This document shows, piece by piece, positions 24,991 through 36,821 of a DNA stretch of 64,000 nt (position 1 is the stretch's first letter; each line of letters begins with the position of its first letter). This DNA is from Eutreptiella sp. 'Long Island Sound 2002' (Eukaryota > Protista > Euglenida), in contig OZ038378.1 in the NCBI GenBank assembly GCA_964036045.1, forward strand, positions 165,354,001-165,418,000. Reading direction: 5' to 3'. The notes under the pieces are model-generated. The model was given only the letters and a program-made list of their open reading frames with translations, was not told the origin of the DNA and searched no databases. Made by a program: the position numbers and the translations under genes.

Positions 24991-27663
24991 GCCACTGGGT
25001 GCATATTGGGTCAGTCCCCCAGTTCCTACTGTATGAAATTGTGCATGGGCTCTGGCTAAGGTGGCTGAATAACCTACTGCGCAAAATACAGGCATTGCCT
25101 CTCATGGGTTGGCTTGGTGCAGTAGCACTCCTTGTAAACCCCTCCGTGCAACGTTTTGAGACATACATGATGATCATGCAAAAGCTTTTTTTAGCGCAAA
25201 AAAATTTTTTATGCGAAAAAAAGATAAGGGCTAAAAAATAAGATTTCACATCTAAAAAAAAGCCTTGGACCGACATGACCCCAACGGTGGATCCCCTGTC
25301 TCCATGATAGAAAAATGAAATAAGCACATGGGATGCTGACCCATCGTCCCCATCCCATCCCATGTGTATCCCCTTAGTGGGTCCCAACCATTGTAGAGCC
25401 CCTTGGCACTTATGCCACTTTTGCCATCTTCGGCATATGGGCCCAGAAGACGAGCCGGCTAGCCCAGACTAGCCGCCCCCGTAACGAGTCCAGCTATGTT
25501 TCATGAGCCATGGGTATTGGCTCTACATCCAAGGGACATTGGGCTGACAGGGGATTTTCCCCAGAGAGATATGAAGGGAAATATACCCCTTTAGTTCAGT
25601 GTCCTGTTTGGGTCCGGTTAGGGGTATAATGGATCCGGTCCGGGACCCGCTCCTGACCTTCAGAGATAAAGTCATATCCCTGAGCCCTCCTCAAGTAAGC
25701 TTCTACGGGTAGCCCCTACCCCTTTCTATTCAAGACAGTACACCTCAGCCATAGTGCTCCCATGGGATCATCGGTGGTGAGTTTAAGCCGACAGATAGAT
25801 AGGCATTTTTCGCCTCCTGAGATCATTTCATGAGTTTGGCCTGACGAGCCCTGGGACCTCAGGCCGCACCACCTGGCGAGAGGTTTTCAATTGCTTCAAA
25901 GAACAAGCGTACATATTTAGTTTCTTAGGATGTGCGTTGGGATGGTACACACACAAGGTCATTTTGGGACTGTCACCTCACAACAATGCAAAAATCGCAC
26001 TGCGTGAGCCTCCCGTTTTCTTTGGGTGGTGTGGGAGGGCTCTAGACTGATGGTTATTCAATCCAAGCAAAGAAAATCGCTTGGTGCGAGAATGCAACGA
26101 GTGGTGCCCAGATTTGAATAGGTCTCAAAGTAGACACCGGAATGGCCTTAGGGCCATGCCAAGTCCAACCCTTAGCCCCTTGGGCTCTACGCGAGCGACT
26201 TGTGCCCAGGTGGCGTACTTTGGCGCGAAACACAGACATCTGTAGACCCCTGTCCATTTTTGGCGTCGTCCCACAGCCCTGTGGTGGCACACCTGGCCCC
26301 ATGGGAGCGTTGGCCGGAGAGCTACCTGACCCTACTGTCGGGCCGGTTTGAAGAAACTCACGGGGAAACCCAGCCATGCTTGGGCTCTGGAATCACTCCA
26401 GTACTCATTGTAGTGCTTTGCAAACTGCACGTGTGGCAGTGCAGGCCATAGTGGAGGCAAACGGCAGCAGGGGGCAGTACTGGCAACCTCAACATTGGCC
26501 CGTGTCCCGGGGTCCTGAAAACAAATCAAGCAATGCCCCACTCCACACGCCAGTGCTCAGGGCATTACAAACTCCCTGAGAGCTGGATTCAGTGCTGGGA
26601 GGCCCCACCCGGATAGTCGAGAGCCACAGTGGAAAAAAAGCTGGATTCAGTTGAGCGCAGTTCAGATATCCAACAGGCCGCAGAGTACAGTGGCGAGTCC
26701 CTTGTATGCAGGGTATCCTCAGGACTCGCAGTTAGCCGCCACCGTTGAGTGCTCAGGTGTTTTCCTAACCATCCCCGGCAACACCGTGGACAATGGCGCC
26801 CGCGGTGCACCCCACATAGCCGTCCATGACTGTGCATTCGCAGCCGGTTTGGATGAGGGCCATGAATTAACTTGATCGCTGTGCAAACTGCACAAAATCC
26901 TGCGGCAACAACAACGGCAACGGTTGACAATCTTGGGGGGTTTGCCACAAAGGCTCAACGTTGGGGGCGGGCGGGGGGGTGGCGTTGGCCAAGGGGTCTC
27001 GAATCGCCTCTCACCGCAGCACTGCCGCACTGCCGCACCGCAGTGGACCGCAGCCAAGCGTCACCACCTGTCGTTATACCGACCACTGTCGTCCCTTGAA
27101 GGCCGGCAATTGGCCACACGCCCTCAGCCGATAGCAAAGCAGATTGACATCAGACAGCACCAGGCCTTTGGACCAACGTCCACCAAAGAGCAACCAGCAT
27201 TGCACCATTCAATCCAGATCACCCGGAGTCCACATTTGGGATGTCCCCTTCAATGTCAGGCCCCAGCATGGCACACGTTTATTGGCGTATTCGACGAAGG
27301 TCATCACCCTCTGCCTCTCGCCATCGCAAAATGCCAACTTCAGTGACGTGTTGTGAAACAAGAGAGTATTCGGCCAAGCCCCGCATTCCCTTGTCGTGGC
27401 TGAGCCAGGCTTTATACCCCTTCGGTGCCTACACCGCGCCACATTCCCAGTTGCCTCACATGTGTTGACCGGGTCACCTCCTGTAGCTCACTCCGGAGGT
27501 GGTTCACAGCAAAGCATCGGGGTCACCTCGACGGAACACCCAGTCGGTACCTCAATTATCGCCGAAGCCGCCATGTCGAAAAACCAATGCCTGTACAGAC
27601 AAATGTCATGTACCTGCCGCCTGACATACGGCCCCGGGTTGGAATCCCGTGCCCAGGGCCCCG

Positions 27664-28866
27664 CTACGAGTACGACGCCAAGACCGACCGCAGGCACGCG
27701 TGCTCCAGTTCGCGGTCCACAGCGGACATGAAGACCGTGAGGGCGTAGCGCGGCGCGTGGCACGGCTCGACCTTGTGCAGGACGCGGTCGGACAGGAAGA
27801 GGACCAGCGTGTCGGCGCGCGGCGGCACGGCCCACCAGCACCGGCGCGGCTCGTCCAGCAGCTGCAGGCGGCCGCCGTGCCCCGGCTGCCACTCGGCCGT
27901 GTACAGAATGGCGGTGATGCGGCAGTGCTGGTCCCCGTCGAAGTGCGCGCCGTAGCCAAGCCCGTCGCCGGCGAAGCACGCCACGAAGGTGTCGGACCGC
28001 GTGGCGAGCTCCAGCCGCAGCGCCGGATGCGCCCGGAGATGTGGCGCAAGAGCCGATCCGACGGCACCAAGCGCCGCATCAGCGGAGGCCAGCGCAGGCC
28101 AGGCCGCGGGCGCGCCGGGGAGCGTGCGGGACAGCACGTAGCTATCGCCGCGCTTAGCCCCGGACGGCGAGCGCCCGGACACAGTGCCGCTGCCGTCGCT
28201 GGCGCGCACTTCTCCGGGCCTCATGAACGCGCGCGCACGCGCGGCCTCTGCCGCGAAGCCGGCGAGGGCACCTGCGTCCGCGCCCAGCGCGCAGGCCACC
28301 CATTTGTCTTCTGCGAGCCGCGCCGCGAGGGCCGCGAGCGTCGCGTCGTCGCTGCGCCGCAGCGCGCCGAGCACCCCCCCATGGCCCAGGTCCAGCGGCG
28401 GGAGCTCGGCCACCGGGAAGCCACTGCCGACCTCGTCGATGAGCCGGAGGGGGCACCGGGACGTCGGGGGCTCGCGGCTGAGGGCATCAACGGTCACAGT
28501 GCCCCCATCTTCGAACCATCGGCGCAGCACCGTCACTGGCCAGTCCGTTGCATCTGCCGGGGGCTCGAGGCCCGAATGACTATTCGTCTCGCGCCGGAGC
28601 CGTGCGACGAGCGCCTCCTGCGCCGCCTGCGTGCGATGCGGGGGGGCCGGCGTTGCCCCAAGCAGCTCCATCGGAAGCCGGGCGTCGTTGTTGGAGCGCG
28701 CGCGCCGCGGAGCGGCGGGTTCCGTCACGACAGTCAGCGCCGAAGGTGGCGGGGGAACACCCGCGAGCAGCCGGTGGGTCATGGCAGCTGCCGGGACGTT
28801 CCCTGCCGCCAGACCTGCGACCGCGTTTGGCCGCAACCCACTGACGACTCGCCGCAAAAGCTCCAT
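27664..28866 (-). CDS. 2OG-Fe(II) dioxygenase, EGLN/PHD prolyl-4-hydroxylase-like, intronless (400 aa from ATG 28866)
   Basis: ACFAGDGLGYGAHFDG (HxD), ITAILY, GGRLQL, LVLFLSDRVLHKVEP (distal His), RYALTVF (2OG-binding Arg); GC3-rich codons. Confidence 0.88.
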   Translation of the reverse strand: MELLRRVVSGLRPNAVAGLAAGNVPAAAMTHRLLAGVPPPPSALTVVTEPAAPRRARSNNDARLPMELLGATPAPPHRTQAAQEALVARLRRETNSHSGLEPPADATDWPVTVLRRWFEDGGTVTVDALSREPPTSRCPLRLIDEVGSGFPVAELPPLDLGHGGVLGALRRSDDATLAALAARLAEDKWVACALGADAGALAGFAAEAARARAFMRPGEVRASDGSGTVSGRSPSGAKRGDSYVLSRTLPGAPAAWPALASADAALGAVGSALAPHLRAHPALRLELATRSDTFVACFAGDGLGYGAHFDGDQHCRITAILYTAEWQPGHGGRLQLLDEPRRCWWAVPPRADTLVLFLSDRVLHKVEPCHAPRYALTVFMSAVDRELEHACLRSVLASYS

Positions 28867-29565
28867 CTTGAAACCGCACCCTCGGACACTGCCACAGCCC
28901 GAGACAGATACTGTGTATGTGGCCGTGTCACGGTGCCACAGCTGCTGAGGCCCAGAGCCAAGAGATGGATCTAATGCACGGGGCGGGGGGGCGGAGGCAG
29001 CCTGAACTGATTTTGATGCGAACCCCCTGTGTGACATGCCGTCTGGTTGATGTTCCTTTACGGGGCCCTGGACAGTCACCCGTTCTTCCCTTCGCATGTT
29101 GCGTTGGGTTGCTGCTTTCTGTCGGCCGCTGCGGCCGGTGCTCTTGCTGGTGTCGGTTCCGCGTTCGCGGAGCCCAGTAGTTGGTGTGTTGGGGCTGTGC
29201 TGAATGTGGCATGGTGTGCCGTTTGCGCGTCAGCGGCACCCAATACTTGGCGTATTGAGGATGTGCTGGTTGTTGCCAGGGTCGTTTGACTGTTTTTGCT
29301 CTCCACGCGCCTCTGTCCACAGGCCGTCCATAGCCTGCCTCGCTGTGTTTCTGTGTGCGTGAGGCCCAGGTGCCCTGTTCCTCCACACGATGTCCCGCCC
29401 GTCCACCATATGCCCTTTTCCCCATCACGGCTGGTCTTCCCCGAATGGGCTCCCGCTCCTGTTGCGCAAACAGACCATCTGGGCTGCGGGAGACACCCCC
29501 CACCTGACGCTGGTTGAGCAGGGGTTGCCCTAGCACCCGGTAGCGACGGGGCCAGGGGGGGCGGG

Positions 29566-29665
29566 GTAGAAAAAAATTCCTGGTACCGGCGTACACCTTT
29601 TTTTGGGGGGTACCCCCGGAGGGGGGGGGTAACGAAAAAAAAATTCGCGCGAAAATTTTTTCTGG
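29566..29665. repeat. Short dispersed repeat with palindromic gggggtacccc core; direct copy at ~32185-32280, related copy at ~59515-59590
   Basis: Shared aaaaaaattcct...ggggggtacccccggagggggggggta...aaaaaaattcgcg. Confidence 0.7.
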
Positions 29666-30213
29666 ACCCCAAAACCTGAAATTTCCTTAACTCTACCCCA
29701 CGTGTTTGGGTTTGGAAGGTGCAAGGAGGGTATTTTTCAAGGTAACCATGGATATTTCGGCCGATATGGGTGGTATTTGTGTTTAAGGGCACAAAGACCC
29801 CTGGTTGATGACCGCTACGCCACAATGGCTTGCCAACAAAGATTGGTTCTCACTGTGGTGTGTTACTATGTCTGTGTATGTGTGTGAATGGTGCACATTG
29901 TTGCACTACGCCGTTCCTGCGTGCACATCGCCAAAATTTTCTTCTCCCGTGGTTTTATCTGACTACAACCAATGCATAGTTAAACCCGTGTTTATCGCTG
30001 CACCGCACGCACATCGTTCGTCCTGACCCCCCCAACCGTAGCCCCATGTCCTACCAACCTTCATTGGCTTGCCAATGTTTCGCCCGCCAAACGGAATGCC
30101 CACTCCCGTAAGGCCGTTTCGAGTCGCTCCCCTTTCTCGCGCTCCTTCTTCTTTGCAGCCAACTCCTTTTGTCTTCTCCCTGACGATCGATTGCGGCTCT
30201 CTACAACCATGCA

Positions 30214-31716
30214 AGCAACAAACCGTGGGTTGTGAGTCCCTAACCCCAACTCAAGGGGCCACACAACAAAGCGTGGATTTCGAGTCCCTAACCCCAACTG
30301 AAGAAGCCACGCAACAATGCGTGGATTGCGAGTCCCTAACCCCAGCTCAAGGGGCCACACAACAAAGTGTGGGTTGTGAGTCCCTAACCCCAACTGAAGG
30401 GGCCACGCAACAATGCGTGGATTGCGAGTCCCTAACCCCAACTCAAGGGGCCACACAACAAAGCGTGGATTGCGAGTCCCTAACCCCAACTGAAGGGGCC
30501 ACGCAACAATGCGTGGATTGCGAGTCCCTAACCCCGGCTCAAGGGGCCACACAACAAAGTGTGGGTTGTGAGTCCCTAACCCCAACTGAAGGGGCCACAC
30601 AACAATGCGTGGATTGCGAGTCCCTAACCCCAGCTCAAGGGGCCACACAACAAAGCGTGGATTGCGAGTCCCTAACCCCAACTGAAGGGGCCACGCAACA
30701 ATGCGTGGATTGAGAGTCCCTAACCCCAACCCAAGGGGCCACACAACAAAGCGTGGATTGCGAGTCCCTAACCCCAACTGAAGGGGCCACGCAACAATGC
30801 GTGGATTGCGAGTCCCTAACCCCAGCTCAAGGGGCCACACAACAAAGTGTGGGTTGTGAGTCCCTAACCCCAACTGAAGGGGCCACGCAACAATGCGTGG
30901 ATTGCGAGTCCCTAACCCCAGCTCAAGGGGCCACACAACAAAGCGTGGATTGCGAGTCCCTAACCCCAACTGAAGGGGCCACGCAACAATGCGTGGATTG
31001 AGAGTCCCTAACCCCAACTCAAGGGGCCACACAACAAAGCTTGGATTGCGAGTCCCTAACCCCAACTGAAGGGGCCACGCAACAATGCGTGGATTGCGAG
31101 TCCCTAACCCCAGCTCAAGGGGCCACACAACAAAGCGTGGATTGCGAGTCCCTAACCCCAACTGAAGGGGCCACGCAACAATGCGTGGATTGAGAGTCCC
31201 TAACCCCAACTCAAGGGGCCACACAACAAAGCATGGATTGAGAGTCCCTAACCCCAACTCAAGGGGCCACACAACAAAGCGTGGATTGAGAGTCCCTAAC
31301 CCCAACTCAAGGGGCCACACAACAAAGCGTGGATTGAGAGTCCCTAACCCCAACTCAAGGGGCCACACAACAAAGCGTGGATTGCGAGTCCCTAACCCCA
31401 ACTGAAGGGGCCACGCAACAATGCGTGGATTGCGAGTCCCTAACCCCAGCTCAAGGGGCCACACAACAAAGCGTGGATTGCGAGTCCCTAACCCCAACTG
31501 AAGAAGCCACGCAACAATGCGTGGATTGAGAGTCCCTAACCCCAACTCAAGGGGCCACACAACAAAGCGTGGATTGAGAGTCCCTAACCCCAACTCAAGG
31601 GGCCACGCAACAAAGTGTGGATTGCGAGTCCCTAACCCCAACTCAAGGGGCCACACAACAAAGCGTGGATTGCGAGTCCCTAACCCCAACTCAAGGGGCC
31701 ACGCAACAAAGCGTGG
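30214..31716. repeat. 48-bp tandem satellite, ~31 copies, alternating A/B variants, one CCCTAA per unit
   Basis: Unit gagtccctaaccccaactcaaggggccacacaacaaagcgtggattgc; variant ...actgaaggggccacgcaacaatgcgtgg...; ends in a (GAAA)n tract at ~31717-31748. Confidence 0.97.
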
Positions 31717-31827
31717 GAAAGAGAAACAAGAAAGAAAGAAAGAAAGAACGCAGGGCCGCATTCGCCCCTGAAAGAATTTGCGCCGCATTTGGGCCGGGGT
31801 TTTGCTCCGAATGCAGGATCTTCACTT

Positions 31828-31990
31828 CGCAACAAACGACATTTGTATCGCGGCCCGTCTTGCTGGTCTCCGCTGGAAAGCACCTCGCAACAAACGACAT
31901 TTTCATAGCGGCCCGTCTTGCCGATCTCCGTTGGAAAGCACCTTGCAACAAACGACATTTGTATAGCGCCTCGTCTTGCGATATCTGGCG
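31828..31990. repeat. About three diverged ~60-bp tandem repeats
   Basis: gcaacaaacgacattt...gcggcccgtcttg...tggaaagcacct repeated. Confidence 0.8.
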
Positions 31991-32771
31991 CTTAAAGGCA
32001 CTGACGGCTTGATGAAAAAGAATGAAGAAAAAAAAGGGGGGGTGCCATTGGCGCCATGCAAAAAAGAACAACAACCAATTACTTTTATCCCAGTAGTAGT
32101 TCATGTGCCAATGTCATACAATGCGCCAAAGTGAAGGTGACATGCAAGTTCAAGTAGCACACAGTAAAAAAATTCCTCTTGGCGAAAAAAATTCCTACAT
32201 GGGGTGCCAGCTTTTTTTTTCCGGGGGGTACCCCCGGAGGGGGGGGGGTACGAAAAAAATTCGCGTGAATTTTTTCCACCCCCCCCCCCCCTGGACGGGG
32301 CTGGCTAGCCAGGCCATCCCCTTTGTTGTCGCTGGCTCCTATGCGCACACTCTGCCATCCCCTCCATTCTGGTTCCATGTTCCCGCTGTTCTGGTTGCCT
32401 CTCCTACCTTGCTGTGCCCCTCCTCCTTGTCTGCTGTGCTCGCCCTTGTCCTTCCTGGTGTGGCTCCCGCGTTCTATGTGTCTCTGTTGCTCCTCCCCCT
32501 GTCTTTTGGCGCTCCTGAACGCCCCTTTCGCACACCCACTCCTGTCCCACCCGCCTGCCCCCCCCGTACGAGGATTTCACATCTCCGTACGACGTGGACT
32601 GTCCCGTGCGCGGTTGGCTGGTCACAGCCCTGTTGCCAACCCCTTGGCGGGCACCACTCCTGTCTTGCTTTGCTAATGGCTCGCTCGGCGTGCGCCGCAT
32701 TTGGTGGTTGCTGCCGTGCTTGCACCTCCTGGTTCCCTTGTGTATTGTTGTGTGTCCTGTTGGGGCTTGTC

Positions 32772-33104
32772 TCACTGTCGTGTGTGGGGGGCTGTCCCCA
32801 GTGGCTTTGCTGCTTGCGTTCCTCCAAATTTCGGGCTCTTTCTTCTGCTGCTGGCACGCTCACCGCTGCTGGTGTGCGGCGCCGGGAGGGGGCAGCATGT
32901 CGCTCCCTGCATCCCCTTGTGGCTGTCGATTGTCCCACTTTCAGTTGGGTGGTACCAGGGGCACCGGGCACTTTTGCACATGTCTCCAAATCTACAAACT
33001 GGCCTGTCATTGGTGTTTGTTGGGGTTGTTCTGGGGTAACTGTGATGCGTTGTTGCTCTTGTGCATTCTGGGCTGCTGGGGGGCTCCCCGTTTGAGGACT
33101 TCAC
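32772..33104 (-). pseudogene. Decayed ORF with a Nab2-type CCCH zinc finger, probably retroelement ORF1/gag
   Basis: CRFGDMCKSARCPWYHP = C-x5-C-x4-C-x3-H at 32946-32996, in a C/A-rich minus-strand region with stops. Confidence 0.45.
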
Positions 33105-34004
33105 TCCGGGCTATCCACGCCTCGGAGCTAGGGACTCGTGTGAGTCCACCCCCTGGTTGGTTCTTTGCAGTGACCACCAATGGTCTCATTCGAGGTTTTC
33201 AAACGCTCCCCTCAGCCCCTCAAAGCTAGGATCGTAGCCACTGCAGTGTTCAAGAGATTCTTGGAGTTCAGTATGTACAGTCAGAGGTGACCACCAATGG
33301 TTTGGACGTTGTGTCTCATAAGCGTGCCCAAGGCCCCTGCACTAGGCCTACCCATGGGACTGGGTGGTGCACTCCAGACCCACTTTGCGTTGCTGGTGTG
33401 GTGTCCCATGTACAACATTGATCGTTGTGCGGGTGGGGCCCACCTGCTGAGAGGGTGTCAGTTGTGGGAGGATCCCCATCTACCCGCCCGTTGGGCATCG
33501 GTCCAATGGCAACGGGGAGGGGAGGTAGTCCCTCCCTGCGTTTGTCCCTGGCCCTCTGCCTGCTGCCCGGGCCTTGGTGACAGAACTTAGCTACTCGCGG
33601 GCAGTACATGTTTTAGGTTGCTACCCAATGGACAACCCCCTGCAGGGGCGACCCCCTTACTTAGGTTTGGGTTGCCTTCTCCTCCCGGTGTGGTCGGGAT
33701 GGTGATGGCTCCCGGGAGTGCATCAAGGAAGCATCCCTTCTATGTTGTGTGTAAGTGTGGCCTTGGTTGTTGCGTGTGTGGTGGGCGCCGTGTTGGCGTT
33801 GGGCGTGGGGTCGTGGGCCCTTGGTGATGCTCCACGTGCGTGCCTTGTTTGTTGGCGGTGGTGGCTGTGTGTAGGTAAAGTGCCGGTGTGGTGGGTCTGG
33901 CCCACACCCTGGGTGTTGGGTGTTGGGCTGGTGTTGGTGCTCGCGGCGGGTGGTGTGGCTGTCCGCCGCTGTTGTGGTGGTGCACTACTTTGCTTTGCTC
34001 TGTT

Positions 34005-34265
34005 GTATTGTGTGCTGCGTGGTGTCGTGTGCTTGTGAGTTTCATTGTGTGCCTCTATCGGCTGCTGCGTGCCGCGCTGCGTTGTGTGCTATGCTCCCTC
34101 CGCATTGTGCGCTACGCTGCCTCCGTGAGGCGTGGCGGCCGCAGCTATCCAGGCAGGGCCGCTCCCGGCCGAGTCCGGGTAACCTCCGAAGCGGTTGGAT
34201 AGGGCCGCCCACCCAATGGCGGGGCCGAATCTGAGCCCTCGGGGCCTGCCTTTGAGGTTTGCGCT
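34005..34265. repeat. Dispersed GC-rich repeat; second copy at 61414-61655
   Basis: Shared tgtgcctctatcggct, attgtgcgctacgctgcctcc, ggccgagtccgggtaacctccgaag and ggatagggcc. Confidence 0.85.
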
Positions 34266-34634
34266 CGTGCCTTGTTTGCGGGTGGCGGTGGCTGTGCGTC
34301 CAAGTACCCCAAGGCCGCTAGTCCGAGCCCGGCCAAGCTGCATCGTGGACCATGGCAAACGTAACCCGGCGCCATGAAAGCAACCAGTGACAGGCGAGAT
34401 CGCGAGACCGCCCCGATTGTCCCCTAAAGATAGACACTTCGGCAGAAAGCAGGAGAGCATGGCGCTGATTCCCTTCCAAATCTTTATGTGGTCACAGCTC
34501 TTTAAATACTCCACGCGGTACCTAAACGGGGACTCACCCCCGCAATGCTCCCAGTTGCCAGTTCCCCAGGCCCTCACGGCAAGCAAAGCCAATTTGCTCC
34601 GAAATGTATTCGTAGACGCCGTATATGCATTAGG

Positions 34635-35250
34635 GGGCCGCTGCCACGGATTTGGCCCCTGGAACCCCGAACACCGAGTGCCTGCATCCTACCAAGAGGG
34701 TGACTGGGTGTTGGTGCACCACAATCGGCTACTTGCCTGGCCCCGTTCCACCAGTGATGACCCCTACTTTGGGCCCTACAAGATCCTCACCGTGGACGGT
34801 CACCGCATCACTGTGCGGTGTTCTCCCCGACTAGGGGGAACCTTGGTGTGCGTAGCCCAGCAGCTGAAGCACTACTACGACCCTGAGGACCTCTGTGGGG
34901 AAGAGTGGGAACTGAACGACGAGGAGATCGCCGCTCTGGATCTACAGGGTGCTGCTAGCCCCATGGAAGTAGAAGGGGAACTCCCCGACATGAACGCCGA
35001 GGAGATGGCCAAGGAAGGCTTCTACATGGTGAAGTCTATCCTCCGACACCGCTACCGCCAAGGGTGGTAATTCCTCACCCTCTGGGAAGGGTTTGGAGTG
35101 GAGGAAGCTACCTGGGAACCCTTTTCTGCCTTTGTGCTCCCTGAGGGACGCCTAAACTCTGTTCTGGTTGACTACTTGTCCCTGTACAACCTAGGAGAGT
35201 TGCCGAGGCTCGCTGAGACGCTTGCCTCGCAGAAGAAGCCTAGGGACTGA
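34635..35250 (+). pseudogene. Ty3/Gypsy chromovirus integrase C-terminus (GPY/F domain + chromodomain), truncated, one internal stop
   Basis: YQEGDWVLV...YFGPYKIL; FYMVKSILRHRYRQGW*FLTLWEGFGVEEATWEP (TAA at 35068-70; final TGA at 35248-50). Confidence 0.85.
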
Positions 35251-35320
35251 ACCCTTCCTATACCTGCCTATGTATGTGTGAGTGTGCTGAGCCTGAGGAC
35301 CTAAGGGCAAGCTGCAGAAG

Positions 35321-35842
35321 TGGTGTCCTAATTATACCCAAGTGTGCACCCTTGCTTAACCCGGCGGATGTCTTTACACGGTGCGATGGGGTACGCCCCA
35401 CGTCTCTCCGCCCCTAGGTGCCCAGTTTCTGTGTTGGCACCTGCTCCCACCGGCGCTCGTTGCTCCTGCGTCTCCTTCTGCCTCACAGAGAGGGGTCCAT
35501 GTGGCTGCTGTGTGAAGAGAGGGAAGGGAAAAAGATGGTGCCCCATGCTTTGAGGCACGGCATGAGAGGTACCACGTCACAGCAGAGGGCCGTCAGCCTG
35601 GGGGCGGACCAGGGCCGTCACGAAGGTGGGAGCAACTGGTACACCTGGCCACAGCCGTCCGACACCACCGCAGCAACCGGCATTGGCAATGAAATGGGCC
35701 AGTGACAAACACCACGGACCCTTACATTCAACTTACCTTCCCCTGCCATTCCGTCCCCCCCCAAGGGACGACGGTTTCCCCCCACCCCGGGGGGCGACCG
35801 TTGCCAACTGACGCCCCCCCCCCGGGGGGGGGATAGACACCA
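35321..35842 (+). mobile_element. 3' LTR of the chromovirus (522 bp)
   Basis: TGGTGTC...GACACCA 7-bp inverted termini (TG...CA), preceded by purine-rich aagggcaagctgcagaag and located 70 bp after the chromodomain ORF end. Confidence 0.7.
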
Positions 35843-36264
35843 TTGTCAACGAACAAATTACCGCCGCATACTACGCAGAATTTATGACCGATCTGTTGCT
35901 TGCTGTACGTCGCCCAAGGCTCTGAAATACACACTGACATACAGAGATCGAATGGTGCCATGCAAATGATGCAAACGAGCAAAATTCTCAATACAATGCA
36001 TCAGTCCATCAGTTTGCTGCATGCCCCTACTGCTGAACAAGGACAGTGTAAAACTTCTTTTTCCGGTCCCACATAGTCTTGAACAGCTGCACATGCTGCC
36101 CATCAACCACAGGGATGGATGAACTGGCTGCAGTAGGCTGTCCAGCGTTTCAGGGAAGCGCGGTCATGCACAAGTTCTGTGGCACCGCGTTTGTACGTTA
36201 TGGTTCTGTACTGATCACCATGAGGAGAAGGGCCTTGCACATCAGCCAGCACAGGCTCCTTTGT

Positions 36265-36821
36265 GGAACGAACATATTATGCAATCCTGTGCAATATGAC
36301 ACTGTTGCGTTTTTTTTTGCCGGTGACGGATGGACACGGGGGGGTGGACACGGGGGGGGGAGGGTACAGCGGGTGGTTGCAGTGGGAGCTGAATGAACAA
36401 CAATGTGGTCACTAATTGCTTGCGAACAACAATCGCACAGTGGCTGTGGTAGCGCATCTCCAAGTGGAAAGCGCTACAGCTCACCGGCAGTGGCTTCTCA
36501 GATTGTCATAGGACAATGGAGACAGTAAAGCAGGGCGGAGTCCAGAACTTGCTGGTGCAATTGGCCATTGACAAACAACTATTGTACAGCCACGGCAGTG
36601 GCATGTTGACATTGGCCATGGGATGCCACCCTCCCAAGCCATGCCGTGCCACAACATGGCTTGCATGCATCTGTTCGTGTTACGATGCATGCCAATGAAG
36701 AGCCAATTGCTCAAAACTGGTCGCAGGCATTCACTTTGAAGCCGCTTTCCAGTTTCAAAGCGGTGTGTTGCATGACATGGAACAAGTAGGGATAAGCAAT
36801 CATAGACGTGTTCGTTGTGCC
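36265..36821. repeat. Dispersed repeat, copy 2 (uninterrupted partner of 8263-8832)
   Basis: Near identity with 8263-8832. Confidence 0.92.

Noticed and set aside
25500-25700. Gypsy integrase remnant (PFISLWGKSPVSP, minus strand)
   Set aside because: One short motif among many stops; cannot be supported without a profile search.
27649-28974. 441-aa plus-strand ORF
   Set aside because: Antisense shadow of the GC3-rich dioxygenase; the same applies to 9642-10388 (-) over the REC exon and 54677-54889 (+) over the retrocopy.
30214-31716. CRISPR array or true telomere
   Set aside because: No unique spacers and no cas genes; only one CCCTAA per 48-bp unit, and the array is internal.
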